A stretch of 48,659 bases of DNA from Candidatus Pacearchaeota archaeon. Lineage in GTDB: Archaea; Nanobdellota; Nanobdellia; Pacearchaeales; GW2011-AR1. The stretch covers positions 1-48,659 of the forward strand of contig JAGLIS010000023.1 of assembly GCA_023142835.1 (NCBI GenBank), given 5' to 3'. Position 1 is the stretch's first letter, and the number at the start of each line of letters is the position of its first letter. Both the position numbers and the translations under genes were made by a program. Under the pieces are notes generated by a model. The model had not been told where the DNA came from. It saw only the letters and a program-made list of their open reading frames with translations, and made no database searches. Below are positions 18,825-26,805 of the stretch, in pieces.

Positions 18825-19253
18825 ATGGTAAAAAAGAAGGTGGATGATGAAGATTCTAAGGGAGCTGTTGGGAAGGAGCATGTTTCTAAGAAGAGGACTT
18901 CTTCGGAAAAGCGGATGACTGCAAGGGAGCGTGAGGATCTTCTGATTGAAAATTTTGTTGGATTGCAACATGCGATGACAAATCTTTCTGTGAAGTTTGA
19001 ATCTCTTTCAGATAATATTACAAAGTTGCTTCAGGTTTTTGAAGAGGCGGCAAAGAGTTTTGTTTCTGGTGATAAGCTGGATGATAAGTCTATGTTGAAG
19101 AAGATAGATTCTTTATTGGAGCAAAATAAAACTATTGCGAAGGGTTTGATTTTAATGGAAGGAAGTTTAAGGAATCGTTCTGAAGTTGTTGAGCAAGAAT
19201 CTAGTTATTCTGAGACGTCGTATCCAAAACCTAGGCCTCTTCCGAGCCTATGA
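18825..19253 (+). CDS. Hypothetical coiled-coil protein
   Basis: 142 aa with heptad-like segments (LQHAMTNLSVKFESLSDNITKLL); TATA about 25 nt upstream; core-like codon style. Confidence 0.8.
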   Translation: MVKKKVDDEDSKGAVGKEHVSKKRTSSEKRMTAREREDLLIENFVGLQHAMTNLSVKFESLSDNITKLLQVFEEAAKSFVSGDKLDDKSMLKKIDSLLEQNKTIAKGLILMEGSLRNRSEVVEQESSYSETSYPKPRPLPSL

Positions 19254-19432
19254 TAAATAAATTTTTGGTTGAAGTAGTTTTTAGATTATGCAATGACGGA
19301 GTCCTTGCTGATCAAAAATCGGGGGATTTTTGCTAATGATAAATAAATTTGAAATTGAATGGTTTTCTAGATTATGCAATGGCAAAGCCCTTGCTAATCA
19401 AAAATCTGAAATAAATTTAGGGATTTTTGCTT
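19251..19432. repeat. Two-copy tandem structured repeat (period 86 nt)
   Basis: Copies start at 19251 and 19337: tgataaataaattt...tagattatgcaatg(ACGGAGT/GCAAAGC)ccttgct.atcaaaaatc...ggatttttgct. Confidence 0.9.
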
Positions 19433-20218
19433 ATGAGTTCTGAAGATTTATCCATGATTGCGTTGGAGCCGTTTATTAGTAAATTTGTTTTTGCAATAGT
19501 TCAGAATATTCGTTCACAGAATTTTTCTTATGAAGAGAAGCAGGTTATTAATGCAGATTTTGTGCCTAAGATTTCTGAAAAATCTATGCAGTCTTTTTTG
19601 AAGGATAAAAAGGTTAATTCTACGAAAGAGAGTGTGAATGAATTAGTGGCTTCGATAAGTAAGCCTATTGTTAAGGTTCTTGTTAAGAAGCAAATGCGAT
19701 TTTCATTACCACCACGTATTCAAGATTCTAGGGCGACGCAAGTATTTTCATCACAACCTGTTTTTCCACTTCAGGAGATTTTACCTCCGCAACCACAAAA
19801 AATTTTTTCTAATAGTGAGGTTCCTGTCTCTCCTCAAGTTTTTTCACCTAAGGTTGTGAGTCCTCTAGCTAGTGCTCCGAAGGTTCCTTTAAGTGTTGAG
19901 CCTAGTCAAGGTTATGGGAAGATTTCCCCTCTTTTGAATGATCCTTTGATTTCTTTGATTGAATGTCGTGGGGCGGGAAAACCTGTGATGATTATTAGGG
20001 TAGGTCAGAAGCAACTTACTCGAATAAATTTGAATCCTTTGGAGATTAATGAAATTTTGCAGAAGGTTTCGGATACAATTCATATTCCTTTGCTTGAAGG
20101 GGTTTTCCGAGCTGTTGTTGACGATTTTTCTATTAATGCGATTATCTCTGAGATGGTTGGGTCAAAGTTTGTTATTAGAAAGAATACTCCGTATTCGTTA
20201 CTTGAGAGACAGGTTTAA
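19433..20218 (+). CDS. Pro-rich protein with a domain resembling the N-terminal part of type II/IV secretion ATPases; no ATPase domain
   Basis: GYGKISPLLNDPLISLIECRGAGKPV after a Pro/Ser/Val-rich linker; no Walker A. Confidence 0.6.
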   Translation: MSSEDLSMIALEPFISKFVFAIVQNIRSQNFSYEEKQVINADFVPKISEKSMQSFLKDKKVNSTKESVNELVASISKPIVKVLVKKQMRFSLPPRIQDSRATQVFSSQPVFPLQEILPPQPQKIFSNSEVPVSPQVFSPKVVSPLASAPKVPLSVEPSQGYGKISPLLNDPLISLIECRGAGKPVMIIRVGQKQLTRINLNPLEINEILQKVSDTIHIPLLEGVFRAVVDDFSINAIISEMVGSKFVIRKNTPYSLLERQV

Positions 20219-20242
20219 ATAACTTTTAGATTTTATTCTAGT

Positions 20243-20524
20243 ATGCAAAATGAGATTAGTAGTGAGAAGTTAGAGAAGTATTTTAATTTAACGGAGACAG
20301 CGTTTGTTGAAGTGAAGAAGAATATTTTTGAAGGGAAGGAAGTTGAGGCGAAAGAGATAATTGATATGGTTAGGAATTATATTTCGGATGCGCATCATTT
20401 TGAAGATAAAGGTGATTGGGTTAATGCTTTTGCGGCGTTAAATTATGCGCATGGTTGGTTGGATTCGGGAGTTCGGTTGAAAATTTTTGATGTTGATGAT
20501 GATAGGTTATTTACAATCTGTTAG
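20243..20524 (+). CDS. DUF357-family protein
   Basis: YISDAHHFEDKGDWVNAFAALNYAHGWLDSG. Confidence 0.92.
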   Translation: MQNEISSEKLEKYFNLTETAFVEVKKNIFEGKEVEAKEIIDMVRNYISDAHHFEDKGDWVNAFAALNYAHGWLDSGVRLKIFDVDDDRLFTIC

Positions 20525-20567
20525 TCTGAGTTTTGTTGCAAGTTGTTAAAAATTAGAAATGAGAGAT

Positions 20568-21065
20568 TTATTTTTGTTCAAGAACTTCTATTTGATAATC
20601 ATTCACGCTTCCAACAGAACCTTTACGATGTAAGTCAAACTCCAATTTATTGATTCTAATTCTTGTTCCTTCATCAATTGCTAAATTTAGTGCTTCAAAT
20701 TTATGAACATAGCGTTCTTCTGTTGCATTATAGTGTCCTTCTATTTGAACTGTATAAATTATTCCCCCATCTGTTCTAAATTTAATAGCATAAGTAGGGT
20801 CACCTTCTGAACGTTCAATACCTTTTTGTCTATCTGGGATTGTGCCAGATTCTTCTAGAACGGTACCATAAATACATTCATACGCTTTATTATTATAATT
20901 AATTAAACCTTTTGCACCAAAATAAAATAAAGATAATCCAATTGCTAATGATATGCAACAACCTATACCTACAGAGGCATCATCAGATGTGGAAGATTTA
21001 TGTTCATCATGTTCTCTAGCTATATAATCTTCAATTCCTTTTGGGGAATGACGTTTAGATTTCAT
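20568..21065 (-). CDS. Hypothetical membrane-anchored protein (accessory)
   Basis: 165 aa, one TM segment (IGCCISLAIGLSLFYFGA), own TATA-like box. Confidence 0.7.
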   Translation of the reverse strand: MKSKRHSPKGIEDYIAREHDEHKSSTSDDASVGIGCCISLAIGLSLFYFGAKGLINYNNKAYECIYGTVLEESGTIPDRQKGIERSEGDPTYAIKFRTDGGIIYTVQIEGHYNATEERYVHKFEALNLAIDEGTRIRINKLEFDLHRKGSVGSVNDYQIEVLEQK

Positions 21066-21242
21066 AACAAAAAGAATAATGGATACTTTATAAATCTTTG
21101 GTTTCTTTACTACTTAAAAGTTAATAACTTATTTTTTAACAACAAAAAATTCTCAACGAGTTCTGATTTTCTCTTTGAGGTATTATATCAAAATCCTATA
21201 TCAATTCAATAAATATATAAATCCGAATTCATCATTTAGTAT

Positions 21243-21926
21243 ATGGAAAAAGTTTGGGTGATTTCTCTTGGCGGTTCGAGGATTGTTCCCGACGAGGTTG
21301 ATGAGAAATTTCTTGTGAGATTTAAGAAACTGATTGATTCGCATACTTCTCATAAGTTTGTGGCGGTGACTGGAGGGGGTTCTACTGCTAGGAAGTATAT
21401 TTCGGCTTTGAGGAAGTTGGGAAAGACAACGAAGTCGCAATCTATGTCGGGCATTGCAATTACGAGGCTTCATGCAGGATTTATGGCTCGGTTTTTTGGG
21501 AAGAGTGCAAATGAAATTATTCCAGAAAATATGAAGAAGATTAAGAATTTGCTTAATAAAAATCAGATTGTTTTTTGTGGGGGTTTGAGGTATGAAAAGG
21601 ATAATACTTCGGATGGGACGGCTGCGAAAATTTCTGCTTATTTAAAATGTCCTTTTATTAATCTTACGAATGTTAATGGTTTGTATACTTCAAATCCTAA
21701 GAAGAGTAAGAATGCGAAATTTATTGGAAAGATAACTTGGAAGAATTTTTATGATATAGCGAGGAAGATTGAGTTTAAAGCGGGACAACATTTTGTTCTT
21801 GATCAATCTGCGGCAAAGGTTATTTTGGATAAGAAAATTCCTACTTATATTGTTGGGTCACTTGGGGCGATTGATAAGATTTTGAAAGGGAAGAAGGATT
21901 TTGGTGGGACGGTGATATCGGGATGA
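21243..21926 (+). CDS. pyrH: UMP kinase
   Basis: VISLGGS, VTGGGSTARKY, TSDGTAA, TNVNGLYTSNP. Confidence 0.95.
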   Translation: MEKVWVISLGGSRIVPDEVDEKFLVRFKKLIDSHTSHKFVAVTGGGSTARKYISALRKLGKTTKSQSMSGIAITRLHAGFMARFFGKSANEIIPENMKKIKNLLNKNQIVFCGGLRYEKDNTSDGTAAKISAYLKCPFINLTNVNGLYTSNPKKSKNAKFIGKITWKNFYDIARKIEFKAGQHFVLDQSAAKVILDKKIPTYIVGSLGAIDKILKGKKDFGGTVISG

Positions 21927-22483
21927 AAGATATAACTTTATTCAAAACGAAAGATTCTATTTATTTAAAGAAAGTAAAATCTAAAACGGATGTTTCTAAG
22001 GAAGAAAATTGTGATGGTTATTTGATTGAGGCTTCGGAGGATGAGGCTAGGAAGATTATTGCTTCGCTTAAGGGTAAGGGAAAAATTATTGCAGTTGTTG
22101 GAGGTGATAGTGTGTTTAATCGTAGGGCTATTGAAACTTTGAAGATAGATTATTTAGTTTCTCCAGAGAGAGGTTTGAAAAAAGATGGATTAAAGCAGAG
22201 GGATTCTGGATTGAATCATGTTGTAGCGAAGGAAGCGACCAAGAAGGGTATAGAAATTATTATTGATTTTGGTGAGGTGTCTAGGCTAGTCGGGAAGGCT
22301 AAAGCTTTGCGTTTGTCTAGGATTATTCAGAATATTGGAATTTGTAGAAAGGCGAAATGTCTGATTAAGATTGCGAGTTTTGCTAAAACAAAGAAAGATA
22401 TTATTGATGAGAGAGGTTTGAAATCTTTTGGGATTAGTCTTGGAATGTCAAGTGAGCAGAGTCGGGATGCGGTCAGGTTTTGA
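21923..22483 (+). CDS. rnp3: RNase P protein subunit Rpp30-like
   Basis: GGD..FNRRAIE, DYLVSPE, QRDSGLNHVVAKEA, C-terminal SFGISLGM. Confidence 0.85.
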   Translation: MKDITLFKTKDSIYLKKVKSKTDVSKEENCDGYLIEASEDEARKIIASLKGKGKIIAVVGGDSVFNRRAIETLKIDYLVSPERGLKKDGLKQRDSGLNHVVAKEATKKGIEIIIDFGEVSRLVGKAKALRLSRIIQNIGICRKAKCLIKIASFAKTKKDIIDERGLKSFGISLGMSSEQSRDAVRF

Positions 22484-22521
22484 TTTACTAAACCTTAAAA
22501 AGATAAAATCTATGAGATTAT

Positions 22522-24045
22522 ATGGATGAAAAATTGATTGTAGAGTTTTTGTCTCCTATTGAAAGAGCTACGCTTCCTAAGTTGGGTCTGGATTTTTCTG
22601 ATTTGGAAGATGTTGCGAAGAAAACTTCTCAGGATAAAACTACTGTGCTTCGGGCAATTGGATTTTTGAAGAATAAGGGTTTGATTGAGAGTGAGAGTTC
22701 TGAAGAAGAGGTTGTTAGTTTAGGAATTTTAGGAATTTATTATTTGAAGAAAGAGTTGCCAGAGAGAGTGCTTTTGAATAAGCTTTCTGAGAAGGGAGGG
22801 ATTTTGATTAGTGAGATTCGGAATGTTTGTGGGTTGAATGAGAATGAAGCGAAGATTGCGTTTGGAACATTGAAGAAAAAGGCACTTGTAGAAATTGAGA
22901 AAGGGAAGTTGAATCTTGTTGCGAAATCTAGTGAGGTTACTAAGAAGATGCTGGAGGAATTATTTCTTGAGAAGCTTCCTCTTAATGTTGATTTGATTGA
23001 GGCACAGGATAAATTGGCCTTGCAGAATTTGAAGTCTAGGAAGGATATTATTAAGGTTGAGATTCAGAAGAAAATTAGCGTTAAGTTGACTGAATTGGGT
23101 AAGAAGATTTCATCGAGGGATTTGGATAAGAATTTAATTGAGCAGTTGACTCCTAAGATGATAAAGCAAAATACTTGGAAGGGGAAGAAGTTTCGGAGGT
23201 ATGATTTGTCCTTACCTGTTCCGAGGGTTTATGGGGGAAAAAGATATTTTGTTAATCAAGCGATTGATTATGCTAAGTCGATTTGGTTGGAAATGGGTTT
23301 TAAGGAAATGACTGGGAGTAAGATTGAGACAGGTTTTTGGATTTTCGATGCATTGTTTACTGCACAAGATCATCCAGTTAGAGAAATGCAAGATACGTTT
23401 TATTTGAAAGGTATGGAGGGGAAATTGCCTGATGACAAGAAATTAATTGAGAGTGTGAAGAAAGCACACGAAGGAGGGATTGATGGGAGTAAGGGTTGGC
23501 AATATAAATGGGATGAAGAAAATGCGAAAAAGGTTTTGATGAGAACACATACTACTTCGTTGTCGGCTAGAAAGCTTAGAGAGATTAGAGATACGAAAGA
23601 GTTTCCTGCGAAGTATTTTGCTATTGGAAAATGTTTTAGAAACGAGACTGTTGATTGGTCGCACGGGTTTGAGTTTAATCAAACTGAGGGGATTGTCGTC
23701 GATGAGAATGCGAATTTTAGACAACTACTCGGTTATTTGATTCAATTTTATAAGAAAATGGGTTATGAGAAAATTAGGATAAGACCGGCGTATTTTGCAT
23801 ATACCGAGCCTTCATTAGAAGTCGATGTTTTTCATCCTGTGCATAAGAAATGGGTTGAGCTTGGAGGTGCAGGAATGTTTAGACCAGAAGTAACTATTCC
23901 TATGTTCGGAAAACATATTCCTGTTTTGGCATGGGGGCAGGGATTTGATAGGATTATTACGGAGTTCTTTGAGATTAATGATTTACGAGAAGTTTACAAG
24001 AATGATATAAATAAATTGAGGGAGATGAAGTTTTGGAGAAAATGA
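22522..24045 (+). CDS. pheS: Phenylalanine--tRNA ligase alpha subunit
   Basis: FDALFTAQDHPVREMQDTF, RTHTT, FRNETVDWSHGFEFNQTEG, FAYTEPS, ELGGAGMFRPE. Confidence 0.98.
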   Translation: MDEKLIVEFLSPIERATLPKLGLDFSDLEDVAKKTSQDKTTVLRAIGFLKNKGLIESESSEEEVVSLGILGIYYLKKELPERVLLNKLSEKGGILISEIRNVCGLNENEAKIAFGTLKKKALVEIEKGKLNLVAKSSEVTKKMLEELFLEKLPLNVDLIEAQDKLALQNLKSRKDIIKVEIQKKISVKLTELGKKISSRDLDKNLIEQLTPKMIKQNTWKGKKFRRYDLSLPVPRVYGGKRYFVNQAIDYAKSIWLEMGFKEMTGSKIETGFWIFDALFTAQDHPVREMQDTFYLKGMEGKLPDDKKLIESVKKAHEGGIDGSKGWQYKWDEENAKKVLMRTHTTSLSARKLREIRDTKEFPAKYFAIGKCFRNETVDWSHGFEFNQTEGIVVDENANFRQLLGYLIQFYKKMGYEKIRIRPAYFAYTEPSLEVDVFHPVHKKWVELGGAGMFRPEVTIPMFGKHIPVLAWGQGFDRIITEFFEINDLREVYKNDINKLREMKFWRK

Positions 24046-24440
24046 ATAAGAAAAAGAAGGATATAATTAAGAAAGTTAGGCTTAGAAGTTTATCTAAGAA
24101 GAATTTGAGATGTGAATTTGTTTTTGGAAAAAGTTTGGAGGTTGTTGATGTGATTGATAAGATTTTAAGTAGATTGGGAGATTTAGAAGAGCTTGATTTA
24201 GCTAATGGGGAATCACGAAAGGTAAAAATTAATGAATGGGTTGATGTAGTTTGTAATATTAAAAATGATGATTATTCTGTTGATGTTTTTTTTGGGAAGA
24301 GCAAGATTGTTTTAGTGATTAACAGTCGAAGGGATAAGCAGAGGGAGATTTCAGAGGCTGTGTTTGAGTTTGTAGAGCTTGAAGATATAACTTCTAAAAA
24401 TTTAAGTAAATTAAACTGGATGAAGTTTTGGAGGAAGTGA
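24042..24440 (+). CDS. Unknown-family protein (cassette 1) ending in a copy of the PheS C-terminus
   Basis: ATGA overlap with the pheS stop; ends KNLSKLNWMKFWRK*; paralog of the next ORF. Confidence 0.8.
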   Translation: MNKKKKDIIKKVRLRSLSKKNLRCEFVFGKSLEVVDVIDKILSRLGDLEELDLANGESRKVKINEWVDVVCNIKNDDYSVDVFFGKSKIVLVINSRRDKQREISEAVFEFVELEDITSKNLSKLNWMKFWRK

Positions 24441-24790
24441 TGGTTAAGTTAAGAAGTACAGACAAGGGAAAATTTAGATGTGAATTTAATTTTGAGAAGA
24501 GTGATGAAGTCATTGACGCTATTACTTCTATAGTGGGAAGGTTGGGAATGAATGAATCTCCAGAGAATAATTTGAGGGATTTGATTTACGACGAAAGAAG
24601 TTCTGGTTTAGGATTTAAGATTGAAGAAGCTGTTGATGAAATATATGGGATGAATAATAAAGATTATTTTGTAAATATTTTTCTTGGAAATGAAAAAATT
24701 ATTTTAGTTGTTAATAGTTTTACTGATAAACAAAAGGAAATTTCTGAAGCGGTGTTTGAGTTTGCGGATTTTGAGGAGGTGAGAAAATGA
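24440..24790 (+). CDS. Unknown-family protein (cassette 2), paralog of cassette 1
   Basis: Shares LRS...RCEF.F.KS.EV, DY.V..F.G..KI.LV.NS..DKQ.EISEAVFEF; TGATG overlap. Confidence 0.8.
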   Translation: MVKLRSTDKGKFRCEFNFEKSDEVIDAITSIVGRLGMNESPENNLRDLIYDERSSGLGFKIEEAVDEIYGMNNKDYFVNIFLGNEKIILVVNSFTDKQKEISEAVFEFADFEEVRK

Positions 24791-25161
24791 CAATACTAAA
24801 TAACGGAATAAAAAATATGATTGAAAATAATGCCTTGGGATTTGCGAGTATAGACAAATCTGGAAAGCCTCACAATATTGCAGTTGGTTTTGTAAAAGTT
24901 GTATCTAATAATGAACTAGTTATCTCAGATAATTATCTTAATGAGACTGTTGAAAATATAAAAATAAATCCAAGCGTTTCACTTGTCGTATGGAGTAGGG
25001 ATTGGGAAGAAAACTGTGCAGGGTATGAGTTAAAAGGGACTGTGGAATATTTTACGGAAGGAAACTGGATTGATTTTATCAAGAAAATTCCAGTAAATAG
25101 GAATGAGCCTTGTAAGGGAGCGATATTAGTTAAACTAAATAAGATTAAAATTTTATCTTGA
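24787..25161 (+). CDS. Pyridoxamine 5'-phosphate oxidase-like FMN-binding protein (cassette 3)
   Basis: FASIDKSGKPH, DNYLNETVENIKINPSVSL, GYELKG. Confidence 0.88.
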   Translation: MTILNNGIKNMIENNALGFASIDKSGKPHNIAVGFVKVVSNNELVISDNYLNETVENIKINPSVSLVVWSRDWEENCAGYELKGTVEYFTEGNWIDFIKKIPVNRNEPCKGAILVKLNKIKILS

Positions 25162-25162
25162 A

Positions 25163-25216
25163 ATGACAATATTAATATTAAATAAATCAGGGGATATGAG
25201 GTTTTGGAGGAAATGA
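25163..25216 (+). other. 17-aa chimeric mini-ORF: PheT N-terminus fused to PheS C-terminus
   Basis: MTILILNK-SGDMRFWRK*; begins 1 nt after the cassette 3 stop and ends in an ATGA overlap with cassette 4. Confidence 0.85.
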
Positions 25217-25782
25217 AAAAATTAATTTTAATCCATGGATGGGGAGGAAGCCCAATTAGTGAATCTTGGTTTGACTTATTGAGAAAAGAATGTGAAGATA
25301 AGAACATTGATTTCATTGCACCAGAGATGCCAAACACAGATAGTCCAAGAGTTGATGAATGGATTTCAAAACTTAGGGAGGTTGCGATAAATTTAGATGA
25401 GGAGACTTATTTTGTGGGTCATAGTATGGGTTGTCAAACTATAATAAGATATTTATCTGAGATTGACAGTGAGATAAAAGTTGGAAGAATAGTTTTTGTT
25501 GCACCATGGACAAAATTAAACGAGAAGTCGATTGAAGAAGAAGGGGAAGAAAGCGAAAAAATCGTTAAATCTTGGGAAGAAGTTCCAATAGATTTTGGGA
25601 AAGCGAAGAGTCATTTAATGAGAGTTTTAGCGATTTTCTCTGATAATGATCCATATGTTCTCTTATCTGAAACGAAAGTTTTCGGAGATAAGTTGGGAGC
25701 AGAGATAATTATTAAACATGATGAGGGGCATTTTAATGAAACAAAAGAGATAAATGAGATAATGGAGTTTATTGAAAGATGA
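25213..25782 (+). CDS. RBBP9/YdeN-family alpha/beta hydrolase (cassette 4)
   Basis: IHGWGG, GHSMG nucleophile elbow, SDNDPYV, GHFN. Confidence 0.93.
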   Translation: MKKLILIHGWGGSPISESWFDLLRKECEDKNIDFIAPEMPNTDSPRVDEWISKLREVAINLDEETYFVGHSMGCQTIIRYLSEIDSEIKVGRIVFVAPWTKLNEKSIEEEGEESEKIVKSWEEVPIDFGKAKSHLMRVLAIFSDNDPYVLLSETKVFGDKLGAEIIIKHDEGHFNETKEINEIMEFIER

Positions 25783-26441
25783 CGATATTAACTGTTAATA
25801 AAAAAGAATTGAGGAAGCCGATGATTGCTGTTTCGATGTCAGGAGTTTTGATTAGTTCTAAGTTTTGGAAGGAGGCTCATGATTTTGGAATGAAGGAACT
25901 TTCGAAGAAAGTAGGTGATTCATCGATATTAAAGGCAAGGGATTCTCCAGACTATTTTAAGAAAGTTGAGGAAGCGTTGGAGAAAATTTATCCGGACTTG
26001 ACATTAGTAGAAAGGATAAAGAAGCGAAGAGAAATTTATTTCGAGAGGGTTGTTAATTCAATTAAGAGGAATTTGGATATTCGAGAAGATGTGACTGATT
26101 GTCTTTGGGGTTTGAAGGAGAATTATCGGTTAGCTTTGGTGACGACGAATAACGAGAAGACGACTTATGAGATTCTTAGGTTTTTGACAGCCAGAGATTT
26201 TTTTGATGTTGTTGAGTTTTCTAAGGATGAGGAGAAGGACGATAAGATTGAGGTAATGAAAAGATTGATTGAGAAAAATGGGAAACCAATCTTGTTCATT
26301 GAGAAGTCAGAGAAGTTGAAGGATTTTTGTGAAGAAGGGAAAATTGCTTATATTAATTTTAATGTTGATTTGGAAGGTGCCATAGATTTGAAAAGTAAAA
26401 TTGAAGAGAAATTAAACCTTGGAGGAAGTGATGGGAATTAG
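25779..26441 (+). CDS. HAD-fold protein lacking catalytic aspartates, with PheT-like N-terminus (cassette 5)
   Basis: MTILTVNKKELRK then IAVSMSGVL (motif I without DxD), LALVTTN, FFDVV. Confidence 0.7.
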   Translation: MTILTVNKKELRKPMIAVSMSGVLISSKFWKEAHDFGMKELSKKVGDSSILKARDSPDYFKKVEEALEKIYPDLTLVERIKKRREIYFERVVNSIKRNLDIREDVTDCLWGLKENYRLALVTTNNEKTTYEILRFLTARDFFDVVEFSKDEEKDDKIEVMKRLIEKNGKPILFIEKSEKLKDFCEEGKIAYINFNVDLEGAIDLKSKIEEKLNLGGSDGN

Positions 26442-26805
26442 AGAATTACAGAATAAGATAAAGGAATTTGATGTTGCTAGAGGTTGGGAGAATCATTGGA
26501 ATATCAAAGATTTGCTCTTGAACATAACTGAAGAGGGTGGTGAACTTTGGAGTTTGATTAAATGGATTGATGAGGATAAGCAAAAGGAAATTGTTGTTTC
26601 TAATAAAGCTGAGGTTTCTGATTATATTGGAGATACTTTGTTTTTGATCTTGAAACTTGCGAATCAAATGGATGTTGATGCTACTGATGCTTTGAATAGA
26701 ACTTTAAATGATTATGAAAAGAGAATGATACCTGAAGTTATGAAGGAGGTTGGACATGCCAATCCCTTGGCAGGTGGGGTTGATAATAAGGAGGCGTTGG
26801 AATGA
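26431..26805 (+). CDS. MazG-like (all-alpha) NTP pyrophosphohydrolase (cassette 6)
   Basis: F..ARGW...KDLLLNITEEGGEL..W...IGDTLF.L..LAN pattern of the dCTPase/RS21-C6-like group. Confidence 0.85.
   Translation: MGIRELQNKIKEFDVARGWENHWNIKDLLLNITEEGGELWSLIKWIDEDKQKEIVVSNKAEVSDYIGDTLFLILKLANQMDVDATDALNRTLNDYEKRMIPEVMKEVGHANPLAGGVDNKEALE

Noticed and set aside
19285..19400. Fluoride or c-di-GMP riboswitch in the tandem repeat
   Set aside because: Only GCTRAT-like and GCAAA-like fragments match; the required pseudoknot or paired architecture is not present.
20527..21155. Inverted repeats (gttgttaaaaa / tttttaacaac) flanking the 20568 orphan gene
   Set aside because: Only 11 perfectly matching AT-rich bases; could be chance.
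24420..26434. PheS-tail repeats as mere Shine-Dalgarno motifs
   Set aside because: Similarity extends well beyond GGAGG (21 nt or more, whole MKFWRK* codons) and is accompanied by PheT-head copies. The SD is a likely benefit but not a sufficient explanation.
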